DNA from: Planctomycetota bacterium
GTDB taxonomy: Bacteria > Planctomycetota > UBA1135 > UBA2386
DNA length: 64,000 nucleotides
Direction of reading: 5' to 3'
NCBI GenBank assembly: GCA_965228735.1
Contig: OZ245838.1
Coordinates: 4,640,001 to 4,704,000 of the forward strand
The notes beneath the pieces are model-generated. The model was not told where the DNA came from. It made no database searches and worked only from the letters and a program-made list of their open reading frames with translations. This document shows, in pieces, positions 25,810 to 36,400 of this stretch (position 1 is the stretch's first letter; each line of letters opens with the position of its first letter). Position numbers and translations under genes: made by a program.

Positions 25810-28326
25810 ATGACCGACTCGACCCCGCCTCCGGCCGGCGGCCGCATCACCGATCTCCTGCTCGAACAGGAGATGCGCGAGAGCTATCTCAACTACTCGA
25901 TGAGCGTGATCCTCTCGCGCGCTCTGCCCGACGTGCGCGACGGTCTCAAGCCCTCGCAGCGGCGCGTGCTGGTCGCGATGAACGACCTCAACCTGGGGCC
26001 GCGCGGCAAGCACAGGAAGTGCGCGAAGATCTGCGGCAACACGTCGGGTGACTACCACCCGCACGGCGAATCGGTCGTGTATCCGACGCTCGTCGGCATG
26101 GCGCAGCCGTTCACGATGCGTTACCCGCTCGTCGACTCGCAGGGCAACTTCGGCGCGATCGACGGCAGCCCGCCTGCGGCCATGCGCTACACCGAGGCGC
26201 GCAAGGCGATGCCCGCCGAGCACATGCTCGACGACCTGCAGCAGGACACCGTCGACATGGTGCCCAACTACGACGGCAGCAAGATGCAGCCCGTCGTGCT
26301 GCCGGGGCGTTTCCCCAACCTCGTGTGCAACGGCTCGACCGGCATCGCGGTCGGCATGGCGGCGAGCCTCGCGCCGCACAACCTGCGCGAGGTCGCCAAA
26401 GCCGTCAACAAGCTGCTCGACAACCCCGACGTGACGCTCGACGAGTTGCTCGAGATCGTGCCGGGACCCGACTTCCCGACGGGCGGCATCGTCATGGGGC
26501 GCGGTGGCGTGCGGAACGCTTACGCGAGCGGCCGCGGCTCGGTCGTCGTGCGGGCCAAACACCACATCGAGGAGAAGCGCGGCCGCAAGCAGATCGTGTT
26601 CACCGAGGTGCCGTTCCAGGTCAAGACGACGACGATCCTCGAGCGCATCACGACGCTCGTGAAGAACGCGCAGATCGACACGATCGCGGACGCCAACGAC
26701 GAGTCCAACGACCGCGTCGGGCTGCGGCTCGTGGTCGAGCTCAAGCGCGGTGTCGACGACGAACAGGTGACGCTCAACCAGCTGTTCAAGATGTCGCCGC
26801 TGCAGACGACGTTCTCGATCATCAATCTCGCGATCGTCGAGAACCGGCCGCGCACGCTCGGCTTCAAGGCGATGCTCGAGTGCTATCGCGATCACCGGAT
26901 CGAGGTGATCACGCGGCGCACGCGCTTCCTGCTGAAGCGCGCCGAAGAACGGCTGCACATCATCGAGGGCCTGCGCCTCGCGGTGCAGAACATCGACGAG
27001 ATCGTCGAGATCATCAAGACGTCGGCCAACGTCGACGAGGCGCGGCAGCGGCTCGTCGCGCGCTTCGAGCTCTCCGAGATCCAGGCGCGCGCGATCCTCG
27101 ACATGCGGCTCGCGCGGCTGACCGGCCTCGAGATCGAGAAGCTCGAGGCGGAGCACAAGGAAGTCACCGACAAGATCGCCTACTACCAGACGATCCTCAA
27201 CGACCGCAGCGTGCTCATCGGCCTGATTCGTCAGGACCTCGACGACATGGTCGCGCAGCTCGGCGACGATCGTCGCACGCAGATCTCCGACGAGGAGGTC
27301 GGCAGCTTCATCGCCGAGGACCTGATCCCCGTCGAGATGATGGCGGTCACCGTGACCAACAGCGGCTACATCAAGCGCACGGCGCTCGATCAGTACCGCA
27401 CGCAGGGTCGCGGCGGCAAGGGCGTGAGCGGCGGTGAGACCAAGGAGGGCGACTTCCTGTGGAAGCTCTTCGTCGCGTCGACGCACGACTACCTGCTCTT
27501 CTTCACCGACCGCGGACGCGTCTACTGGCGGAAGGTCTATCAGCTGCCGAGCTTCGGTCGCACGGCCAAGGGGCGGTCGCTCGCCAACGTCGTCGAGACG
27601 CAGGAGGGTGAACGCATCACGGCGATCCTGCGCGTCGACGAGTTCGACGAGGAGCGCTTCCTCGTCACCGCGACCAAGAGCGGGCTCATCAAGAAGAGCA
27701 AGCTGTCGCTCTACAGCCGTCCGCGCGCCGGCGGCATCATCGCCGTCAAGCTCGACGAGGGTGACGGGCTCGTCGGCGTCAGCGTCGTCAAGCCGGACCA
27801 GCACATCGTGCTCGGTTCGCAGAACGGCATGGCGATCCGCTTCAGCGAGAGCGACGCCCGCGCGATGGGCCGCGGCGCGGTCGGCGTCTGGGGCATTCGC
27901 CTCGCAGACGGCGACCAGGTCTGCTCGATGGTCGTGACGGACGGCAGCGGTGAGTTCCTCACCATCTGCGAGAACGGCTACGGCAAGCGCACCAAGGTCG
28001 AGGAGTACCGCAGCCAGTCGCGCGGCGGCAAGGGCATCATCGACATCCGCACCAACGAGCGGAACGGCAAGGTCGTCAACGTCCTCTCCGTGACCGAGGA
28101 GGACGAGGTGATGATGATCACCAAGGACGGCCAGATCGTGCGCACCAAGGTCGCGGGCATCAGCGTCATCGGCCGCAACACCCAGGGCGTGCGCTGCATC
28201 TCGCTGAACGGCGACGACAAGCTCGTGTCCGTCGCGCGCATTCCGCGCGAGGACGAGGCCGAAGCGGAAGCCGAGGCCGGGTCGGGTCCGAAGGGCGATG
28301 GCGGCAGTGACGGAGGTGGGGCGTAA
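25810..28326 (+). CDS. gyrA: DNA gyrase subunit A
   Basis: Motifs [25 protein letters not shown] (catalytic Tyr), GyrA-box QGRGGKG, and C-terminal pinwheel repeats. Confidence 0.97.
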   Translation: MTDSTPPPAGGRITDLLLEQEMRESYLNYSMSVILSRALPDVRDGLKPSQRRVLVAMNDLNLGPRGKHRKCAKICGNTSGDYHPHGESVVYPTLVGMAQPFTMRYPLVDSQGNFGAIDGSPPAAMRYTEARKAMPAEHMLDDLQQDTVDMVPNYDGSKMQPVVLPGRFPNLVCNGSTGIAVGMAASLAPHNLREVAKAVNKLLDNPDVTLDELLEIVPGPDFPTGGIVMGRGGVRNAYASGRGSVVVRAKHHIEEKRGRKQIVFTEVPFQVKTTTILERITTLVKNAQIDTIADANDESNDRVGLRLVVELKRGVDDEQVTLNQLFKMSPLQTTFSIINLAIVENRPRTLGFKAMLECYRDHRIEVITRRTRFLLKRAEERLHIIEGLRLAVQNIDEIVEIIKTSANVDEARQRLVARFELSEIQARAILDMRLARLTGLEIEKLEAEHKEVTDKIAYYQTILNDRSVLIGLIRQDLDDMVAQLGDDRRTQISDEEVGSFIAEDLIPVEMMAVTVTNSGYIKRTALDQYRTQGRGGKGVSGGETKEGDFLWKLFVASTHDYLLFFTDRGRVYWRKVYQLPSFGRTAKGRSLANVVETQEGERITAILRVDEFDEERFLVTATKSGLIKKSKLSLYSRPRAGGIIAVKLDEGDGLVGVSVVKPDQHIVLGSQNGMAIRFSESDARAMGRGAVGVWGIRLADGDQVCSMVVTDGSGEFLTICENGYGKRTKVEEYRSQSRGGKGIIDIRTNERNGKVVNVLSVTEEDEVMMITKDGQIVRTKVAGISVIGRNTQGVRCISLNGDDKLVSVARIPREDEAEAEAEAGSGPKGDGGSDGGGA

Positions 28327-28763
28327 TGGCCGAGTACCTCGACCGGCTGACCGCCGACATGAAGACCGCGATGAAGGCCGGTGAGAAGGACCGCCTCACG
28401 GTCCTTCGCATGATCATCAGCGACATCAAGAAGAAGGCCGAGGCCGAGGGCGAGCTCGCGGCCGACGGTGAGGTTGCGATCCTCACCAAGGCCGTCAAGA
28501 CGCGCGCGGACACCGTGTCGCAGGCGCGCGCGGCCGGCCGCGACGAGATCGCGGATCGCGAGCAGAAGGAGATCGAGATGATCCAGGGCTACCTGCCGCA
28601 GCAGATGAGCGCCGACGAGGTCGCTCAGAAGGTCAGGGACCTCGCCGCCGAGATCGGCTACGCGGGCCCGCAGGACACCGGCCGCTTCATGAAGGAGTGG
28701 ATGGGTCGCTACAAGGGCCAGGCCGACGGCAAGGCGGTGCAGGCGGCCATTCGGTCGTTGTGA
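28326..28763 (+). CDS. GatB/YqeY domain protein
   Basis: Pattern DMKTAMKAGEK-RL-VLR, YLPQQMS and ADGK. Confidence 0.9.
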   Translation: MAEYLDRLTADMKTAMKAGEKDRLTVLRMIISDIKKKAEAEGELAADGEVAILTKAVKTRADTVSQARAAGRDEIADREQKEIEMIQGYLPQQMSADEVAQKVRDLAAEIGYAGPQDTGRFMKEWMGRYKGQADGKAVQAAIRSL

Positions 28764-28886
28764 TCGGGGTTTCCGCGGATCGCGGTCGCGCGTGGCTTCG
28801 GATGAGACGGCCCGTCGCGCGATTCCGTGTTTCGCTTGGTTGGCTCGCTATGGTCGCGTTGGCGTGTCGGCGCTCGGCTTTCCGGT

Positions 28887-31800
28887 ATGGCGTCGAGCGT
28901 GGCCTCCGTACAGTCGGGATTTGATCCTCGATCTTGCCTCGCCCCGCCCCAAGCCGTGACAGCTCGTCTTGATCTGACTCCGACGCAAGCCGGTCTCCTC
29001 TGGCAGGCACTTGCACACCCTGAGACGAACCTCGAGCAGATCGTCTGCGTGCTGCGCGAGGACGTGAACCCCGCCGTTCTGGCACGGTGCTGGCAGGAGC
29101 TCGTAGATCGCCACGCCGTTCTGCGCTCCAGGTTCCGCTGGGGCGCGGCCGACCCAGAGCAGGTGTTCGAAGCGACGGCGACTTTGCCCGTTACGAACCT
29201 CGTCCTGGAACCAGGCGACGAGCGCGCTCGCGAGCGTGAGTTCGCCGAGTTCCTGCGATCCGACCGGCAACGGGGGCTGCAGTTGGACGAGGCGCCAGTT
29301 TGCCGCGTCACTCTGGTGACCTGTGGCTCCGAGACGCGGTGCGTGTGGACGTTCTCGCACGTGCTGTTCGATGGCCGATCATTCGTGGATCTGCTGGCCG
29401 AGCTGTTCGATTCGTACGACGCGGGTGTGGAACAGCGCCCGTGGACCGCGCCGGAGTTGCCGGACTACGAGCGCTATCGGGAGTGGCTGAGTGGCCGCGA
29501 TGCCGGCCCGGGAGTCGAGTTCTGGCAGCGCGAACTCGAGGGATTCGGGCGCGCCAGCCCCGTGCTCGTACAGCGGAACGCCGCGGGCCTCGATGGCCAG
29601 CACGTGGGCCCGTTGGCGAAAGTGACCCGGGTGCTCTCGGCGGATCGAACGGCGCGCCTCACGCGGGCCGCGAGCGAGCTCGGGGTCACGCCGAACAACG
29701 TGGTGCAGGCGGCCTGGGCGCTCACGCTGGCGGCCTACGCCGGTCAAAGTGACGTGGCGTTCGGCGTCGTCCGGGCCGGTCGGCACGGCACGGTCGAGGG
29801 CGCGGAACGGATGGTCGGCGTATTCATGAACACGCTGCCACTGCGCGTTCGGCTGCAGGAACACGGCACCGTGCGCGATCTGCTGACGGATCTGCGGCAG
29901 CGCCAGATCGCCTGGCGCGAGCACGAGCACGTGCCGCTCGCGACCATTCAGTCCGCTGCGGCGTCCGAGCGCGGGGCGCCGCTGTTCCACAGCATCCTCG
30001 TCTTCGACAATCGGAACCTCGACAGCCACCTGCATCGCGTCGGGCAGCCGGCGACTCGCTCGTTCGAGCTGCACGAGAAGACGGGCTATCCGGTCACGCT
30101 GTACGCCTACTGCGATGACGAGCTCACTCTCGCGATCGCCTACGACCGCGATCAGATCGAAGGCGAGGCTGCCGAAGAGGCCTGCGCCGGACTCGTAGAG
30201 TTGGCGCTCGAGCTCGTCGAACAACCAGACCGCCGCCTCGACGAGGTGGAGGTCATCGCATCGGACGTTCGCCGCCGCCTGCTCGAGTCCTGGAACGCAA
30301 CCGAGGTCGCGTATGCCCAGGAAGCGACGATCCCGATGTCGTTCCGCGAACGGGTCGAGATCGCGCCGGATCGGCCCGCGGTGACTGCCGGTGGGCGCAC
30401 GCTCGACTACCGGCAGTTCGCCGAGTTGGTGACCCGGATCGCGGGTCGGTTCCGGCAAGCCGGCGTCGGGCCGGGGGACGTCGTAGGGGTCTGCACGGGG
30501 CGGACCGTGGAGATGCTGGCGGCGCTCTATGCCATCATGGAGCTCGGCGCCGCATACCTGCCGCTCGACCCGGAGTTCCCCGAGTCGCGGCTGCAGTTCA
30601 TGCTCGAGGACTCCGGGGCGCGGGTCGTCGTGACCGATGCTCTCGGGGCGGATCGTGCGGGCCGCCTGGGCGTCGATACGGTCGCGCTCACCGATGCCGA
30701 CGCCGATGGCGATGATGCCCCGAACGAAGAACGGCCGGCGACGCGTTCGAGCAGCGATGACGCCTACCTGATCTATACGTCGGGCTCGACCGGCAAGCCG
30801 AAGGGCGTGCGGGTGACGCACCGCAACGTGCAGAACTTCTTCGCCGGAATGGACGAGCGCCTCGGGAGCGACGAGCTCGGCACCTGGCTCGCCGTCACGA
30901 GCCTGTCGTTCGACATCTCGGTTCTCGAGCTGCTCTGGACCACGTGCCGCGGGTTCCACGTGGTGTTGTACGGCGGCCTCAAGCAGGACGCACCGGTCAG
31001 CACCGGCCACCCGGGCTTCAGCTTGTTCTATTTCGCGGCCGACGCCGGGGAGGATCCGGCTGCGAAGTACCGCGTCCTGCTCGAAGGTGCCGAGTTCGGG
31101 GACCAGAACGGATTCGAGGCCGTCTGGACGCCGGAGCGCCACTTCCACGCGTTCGGCGGCCTGTATCCCAACCCGTCGGTCGTGGGAGCCGCGATCGCAG
31201 CGCGTACCCGTCGGATCGGGATCCGCGCCGGCAGCGTGGTTCTGCCGCTGCATCATCCGCTGCGAGTCGCCGAGGAATGGTCGGTCGTCGACAACCTCTC
31301 GGACGGGCGTGTCGGCGTGTCCTTCGCGTCCGGCTGGCACCCCAACGACTTCGTCCTGGCGCCCCACCAGTACGAGGATCGCAAGGCCAAGCTGTTCGAG
31401 AACATCGAAGTCGTGCGGCGCCTCTGGCGGGGCGAAGCCGTCGAGTTCGAGAACCCCAAGGGGGAATCGGTCGCCACTTCGATCCTGCCGCGGCCGATCC
31501 AGCGCGAGCTGCCGATCTGGGTCACTGCCGCAGGGAATCCCGAGACGTTCCGGCAGGCCGGTGAGCGCGGCGCGTTCCTGCTCACGCACCTGCTCGGTCA
31601 GACGGTGGCCGAGGTCGCCGAGAAGGTCGCGCTGTATCGCGAAGCGTGGCGGGCGGCGGGACACGCTGGCTCCGGTCGCGTGACCCTGATGCTCCACACG
31701 ATGGTCGGCGAGAATCGTGAGAACGTCAAAGCCGTCGTGCGCGAGCCGATGCGCGGCTACCTCCGCTCGTCGATCGATCTGATCAAGCAGCACGCGAGTG

Positions 31801-33392
31801 CGTGGTCAGCGACGGCGCGGCCACTCGAGGAGTCGACCGGCAATCTCGATGAGCTGTCGCCGGCGGACCTGGATGCGCTGCTCGAGTTCTCGTTCGAGCG
31901 CTACTTCGAGACCAGCGCGTTGTTCGGGACGGTCGACGATTGCGTCGCGATGGTCGACAACGTCATGGCGGCGGGCATTGACGAGATCGGTTGCCTGATC
32001 GACTTCGGTTGTGCAGCCGATGAGATCCTCGGTGCCCTGCCGTTCCTCAATCAGGTGCGGGAGCGGGTGCAGGCAGGGTTCGCAACGGACGCGGCGCCGC
32101 CCGAGTCCATCGGTGGGTTGATCGAGCAGCACGGAGCGACCCACCTGCAATGCACGCCGTCGATGGCGCGAATGCTCATGGCGGACCCGGAGTCGCGCGA
32201 AGCGCTGTCGCGCCTTGGCTGCCTCATGGTCGGCGGGGAAGCGCTCCCGGAGAGCCTCGCTCGCGAACTGTCGGCCACCGTTCCCGTCGTGCACAACATG
32301 TACGGACCGACCGAGACGACGATCTGGTCGAGCACGGCGCGGGTCGAGGGCGGTGGCCCGGTGACGATCGGTCGGCCCATCGCGAACACCGCACTCTACG
32401 TGCTCGATGACGCCCGTCGTGTCGTTCCGAGGGGCGCCGTTGGCGAGCTCTACATCGGCGGTGACGGGGTGGTTCCGGGCTACCACGACCGCCAGGAGCT
32501 CACGGTCGAGCGTTTCGTGCCCGACCCGTTCGCCACCCGCGAAGGTGCCCGGATGTATCGGACCGGGGATCTCGTGCGCCATCGACCCGATGGGCAGCTC
32601 GAGTACCTCGGGCGCAGCGACCACCAGGTCAAGGTCAGCGGTCATCGCATCGAACTGGGCGAGATCGAGGCGGCGCTCGAGAACCACGCCGGTATCGCCG
32701 CTGCCGTGGTGACGGTTGTTGGCGAGGATGTCGACGCCACGCTCGTGGCGAACGTCGTAGAGCGCGACGGAGGGGCGGCCGATGATGATCTGCTCGGGTC
32801 GCTCCGCGCCTCGCTGCCGGCCTACATGGTGCCCACCGCGGTCGTGCGGCACGAGCAGTTCCCGACGACGCCCAACGGCAAGACCGATCGCGGCGCGATC
32901 GCGGCGATGAAGCCGATGGCCGCTGGCGCGCCCACGAAGAGTGCGGCAGGCGTGGCGGACGCCGAGCCCCGAATCGCCGGCGCCGCGGCGCGGCCCGTCG
33001 CGTCCACACCGGTCGCCGACGCCTTCGATCCGGCGGGTTCGATCGATGACATCAAGGCGATCTGGCGCGAGTTGCTCGGCTTCAACGAGATCGGAATCGA
33101 CAGCAACTTCTTCGAGATCGGCGGGCACTCGCTGCTGACGATCCGGTTGCAGGCCGCACTCCGGGAACGGCTCGACGTCGCCGTGTCGCTCGTGGACCTG
33201 TTCCGGTTCACGACACTGCGGGCGTTGGCGAAGCATGTCGACGGCAAGCGCGGTGGTTCTGGCGGCGGCGGTGGCGGTGTCCGGGCTGCGGGTTCGGCGA
33301 CGGACCCGACCGACGAGGTCGCCAGTGCGTCGTCCCGCGGTAGCATGCGCGCCGCGAAGCGGCGACGGGCGATGCGCCGGCGCGAGGACTGA
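28887..33392 (+). CDS. NRPS: C - A(N-part) - MupA/Atu3671-type luciferase-like monooxygenase - A(C-part) - PCP
   Basis: C domain SHVLFDG; A motifs YTSGSTGKPKG and SFDIS; LLM FSLFYF...WTPERHFHAFGGLYPNPSV (~31010-32060); A resumes with NMYGPTE, GELYIGG, YRTGD, HRIELGEIE and NGK; PCP NFFEIGGHSL. The start is uncertain (28827, 28887 or 28955). Confidence 0.93.
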   Translation: MASSVASVQSGFDPRSCLAPPQAVTARLDLTPTQAGLLWQALAHPETNLEQIVCVLREDVNPAVLARCWQELVDRHAVLRSRFRWGAADPEQVFEATATLPVTNLVLEPGDERAREREFAEFLRSDRQRGLQLDEAPVCRVTLVTCGSETRCVWTFSHVLFDGRSFVDLLAELFDSYDAGVEQRPWTAPELPDYERYREWLSGRDAGPGVEFWQRELEGFGRASPVLVQRNAAGLDGQHVGPLAKVTRVLSADRTARLTRAASELGVTPNNVVQAAWALTLAAYAGQSDVAFGVVRAGRHGTVEGAERMVGVFMNTLPLRVRLQEHGTVRDLLTDLRQRQIAWREHEHVPLATIQSAAASERGAPLFHSILVFDNRNLDSHLHRVGQPATRSFELHEKTGYPVTLYAYCDDELTLAIAYDRDQIEGEAAEEACAGLVELALELVEQPDRRLDEVEVIASDVRRRLLESWNATEVAYAQEATIPMSFRERVEIAPDRPAVTAGGRTLDYRQFAELVTRIAGRFRQAGVGPGDVVGVCTGRTVEMLAALYAIMELGAAYLPLDPEFPESRLQFMLEDSGARVVVTDALGADRAGRLGVDTVALTDADADGDDAPNEERPATRSSSDDAYLIYTSGSTGKPKGVRVTHRNVQNFFAGMDERLGSDELGTWLAVTSLSFDISVLELLWTTCRGFHVVLYGGLKQDAPVSTGHPGFSLFYFAADAGEDPAAKYRVLLEGAEFGDQNGFEAVWTPERHFHAFGGLYPNPSVVGAAIAARTRRIGIRAGSVVLPLHHPLRVAEEWSVVDNLSDGRVGVSFASGWHPNDFVLAPHQYEDRKAKLFENIEVVRRLWRGEAVEFENPKGESVATSILPRPIQRELPIWVTAAGNPETFRQAGERGAFLLTHLLGQTVAEVAEKVALYREAWRAAGHAGSGRVTLMLHTMVGENRENVKAVVREPMRGYLRSSIDLIKQHASAWSATARPLEESTGNLDELSPADLDALLEFSFERYFETSALFGTVDDCVAMVDNVMAAGIDEIGCLIDFGCAADEILGALPFLNQVRERVQAGFATDAAPPESIGGLIEQHGATHLQCTPSMARMLMADPESREALSRLGCLMVGGEALPESLARELSATVPVVHNMYGPTETTIWSSTARVEGGGPVTIGRPIANTALYVLDDARRVVPRGAVGELYIGGDGVVPGYHDRQELTVERFVPDPFATREGARMYRTGDLVRHRPDGQLEYLGRSDHQVKVSGHRIELGEIEAALENHAGIAAAVVTVVGEDVDATLVANVVERDGGAADDDLLGSLRASLPAYMVPTAVVRHEQFPTTPNGKTDRGAIAAMKPMAAGAPTKSAAGVADAEPRIAGAAARPVASTPVADAFDPAGSIDDIKAIWRELLGFNEIGIDSNFFEIGGHSLLTIRLQAALRERLDVAVSLVDLFRFTTLRALAKHVDGKRGGSGGGGGGVRAAGSATDPTDEVASASSRGSMRAAKRRRAMRRRED

Positions 33393-33425
33393 GGATCGTC
33401 CGCAACGAGCCAGACAGGACTGACG

Positions 33426-36400
33426 ATGAGCGAAGGACCGGGATCGAGCCAGGCGGACAATCGGATCGCGATTGTCGGAATGGCTGCGCGTGTGCCCGGC
33501 GCCAACGATCCGCGGTCGTTCTGGCGCAACCTGTGCGCTGGCGACGAGGCGATTCGCTTTCTCGACGACGATGAACTGGCGGCCAACGGTGTCGAGCCCG
33601 GGCAGATCGCGCGGCCCGACTTCGTCCGCGCCTATGCCGGCCTGGCGGACATCCGCGGGTTCGATGCCGACTTCTTCGGGCTCGGCCCGAAAGAGGCGGC
33701 CATCATGGATCCGCAGCACCGGCACTTCCTCGAGTGTGCGTGGGAGGCCCTCGAGGCGGCCGGTCACACGCCGGAGAGCGTCGCGCGTTCCGTCGGGGTG
33801 TTCGCCGGGTGCGGCATCGGGACGTACTTCGCGTTGAACATCCTCACCAACCGGCAGCTGCTCGAGGACGTCGGGTTCTTCCTCCTGAGCCATACCGGTA
33901 ACGACAAGGACTTCCTCGCGACCAGGCTGTCCTACTCGCTCAACCTCGAAGGCCCGAGCATCAGCGTCCAGACCGCGTGCTCGACGTCCCTGGTCGCGAC
34001 GCATCTGGCCTGCCAGAGCCTGCTCGGCGGGGAATGCGACCTCGCCCTCGCCGGCGGGTCGACGATCAAGACGCCGGACGGGCAGGGCTACGTGTTCAAG
34101 TCCGGCGAGATTCTCTCACCGGACGGGCATTGTCGGCCGTTCGACCACAAGGCCGCCGGCACGGTGTTCGGCAGCGGCGTCGGAGTCGTCGCACTGCGCC
34201 GGCTCGAGGATGCCCTGGCGGACGGTGACCACATCCATGCCGTGCTGCTCGCGACAGCCGTCAACAACGACGGCGCCGCCAAGGCCGGCTACCTGGCGCC
34301 GTCCCTCGATGGTCAAGCGGCTGCGGTCTCCGAAGCGCTCGCCGTGGCCGACATCACCGCGGACACGATCGAGATGATCGAGTGTCACGGCACCGGCACA
34401 CCGATCGGCGACCCGATCGAGGTCGGAGCGCTGAGCCAGGCGTTTCGTGAGAGCACGGATCGCACGGCGTTCTGCCGTATCGGGTCCGTCAAGGGCAACA
34501 TCGGTCACCTCGACACCGCGGCAGGAGTCATCGGTCTGATCAAGGCTGCGCTTGCCGTGGAGAAGGGCAAGATTCCGCCGAACCTGCACTTCGAGCGCCC
34601 GAACCCCGAGATCGACTTCGAGAACAGCGCGTTCGTGGTCAACGGCGAGCTGCACGAGTGGCGCGGAACCGGCCCGCGGCGGGCTGGCGTCAACGCGCTC
34701 GGGGTCGGCGGCACGAACGCGCACGCCATCGTCGAGCAACCGCCGGCACCGGCGCCTTGCTCATCGCCGGCCCGAACGGCGCAGCCGATCGTGGTGTCGG
34801 CGCGGTCACCGGCGGCGCTCGACGCCGCCGCGCAACGGTTGGCGCAGTTCCTCGACGAGGAGTCGAGCGTCGAGCTCGCGGACGTCGCCCACACGCTGCG
34901 CCATGGGCGGCGGCGATTCTCGCACGGCCGCGTCGTGGCCGGGCACACCGTCGCGGAGGTCGCCGAGCTGCTCACGCAGAAGACCGGGCCGCGGTCGTTC
35001 GACGTGCGGGCGTCCGAGCGTCCAGCCAAGGTCGCGTTCCTCTTTCCGGGGGCTGGCCCGCAGCACGTGGGGATGGGGCGCGATCTGCGGGCGACGGAAT
35101 CCGGGTTCCGTGAGATCACCGACCGACTGCTCGGCATCGCCTCGAAGCTCGTCGGGGTCGACCTGATCGAGCTGATCGATGGACCGGAGACGCCCGAGGT
35201 GGAGCGGCAGCTCGAGCGACCGTCGATCCAGTTGCCGCTCGTCTACGTCTTCGACTACGCCGTCGCCCGACTCTGGATGGACCTCGGCGTCCAGCCCGTC
35301 GGGATGCTGGGTCACAGCCTGGGTGAGTATGTCGCGGCCGCGATTGCCGGGGTTTGGAGCCCTGAGGACGGCGTCGCGCTCGTGCATGAGCGCGGTCGAC
35401 TGTTCGAGTCGGTGACGGTCGAGTCCGGCATGGTGACCGTCGAGCTCGAGCCCGACCGGGCGGCGGAGCTCGGCGCCGGCATCGAGGGGCTGGAAGTGAG
35501 CGTGGTGAACACGCCCGGCAACTGTGTGCTCAGTGGGCCGCGGGCTGCCATCGACACGGTCGTGACGGAGCTCGAGCGGCGGGAGATCGATCACCGGATC
35601 GTCCCGATCGCCACGGCGGCGCACTCGTCGCTGCTCGAGCCGTTGCTCGACACGTTCCGAACCTTCGTCGCGAAGCTGGAGCTCCGCGCGCCGACCATCC
35701 CGTTCGCCGCGAATCTGACGGGGCGGTGGATCGAGGACGACGAAGCGACGGACCCCGACTACTGGGTGAAGCACTTCCGGCACCAGGTTCGATTCTCGGA
35801 TTGCCTCGCCACGATCTTCTCGGATCCGCAGGTCGTGATGCTCGAGTGTGGCCCGGGCCGCATGCTGAGTTCCCTTGCCAAACGTCACCCGCATGGCAAG
35901 GGCCGCGTCGTGCTGCCGTCGATGCGGCACCCGGACGAGAAGGTGGGTGACGACGTCGCGTTCGCTGCCGCGGCCGGTCGGCTCTGGGCGGCGGGTGTCG
36001 ACATCGGGTTCGAGCACTTCACGGGCCCGCGTCGACGGCGCGTGCCGTTGCCGACCTACCCGTTCCAGCACAAGGACTACTGGATCGAGTGGCGGGGGCC
36101 GTCGGCCGGGTCGGGGCCGGATCAGAGCCAGCCGCCGCAGCCGGAACGTTTCGAGAACGTCGAGGACTTCTTCGCGCGCCTGGAATGGCGACCGCGAGCC
36201 GCCCCGGCCGCTCCGCTGGCGGTGCCCGAGGGGTCGCGATTCCTCGTGCTGCTCGACAAGCTCGGCTACGGCGATGCGTTCGTCGATGAGTTGCGCCGGC
36301 TCGATGCGGATGTCGTCGTCGTTCGCGAGGACGATTCCTTCGTCGAGCGCGGCAGCAAGGAGTTCTGCATCGCGCCGGAAGACGGACGCGCGGGGTTCGA

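Noticed and set aside
25618..27804. Long antisense or alternate-frame ORFs (e.g. 25618..27804-, 29379..31793-, 31806..34004-, 49701..51512-, 55930..59028-)
   Set aside because: They are shadows of well-supported genes in high-GC DNA, with low-complexity Arg/Ala-rich translations and no recognisable motifs.
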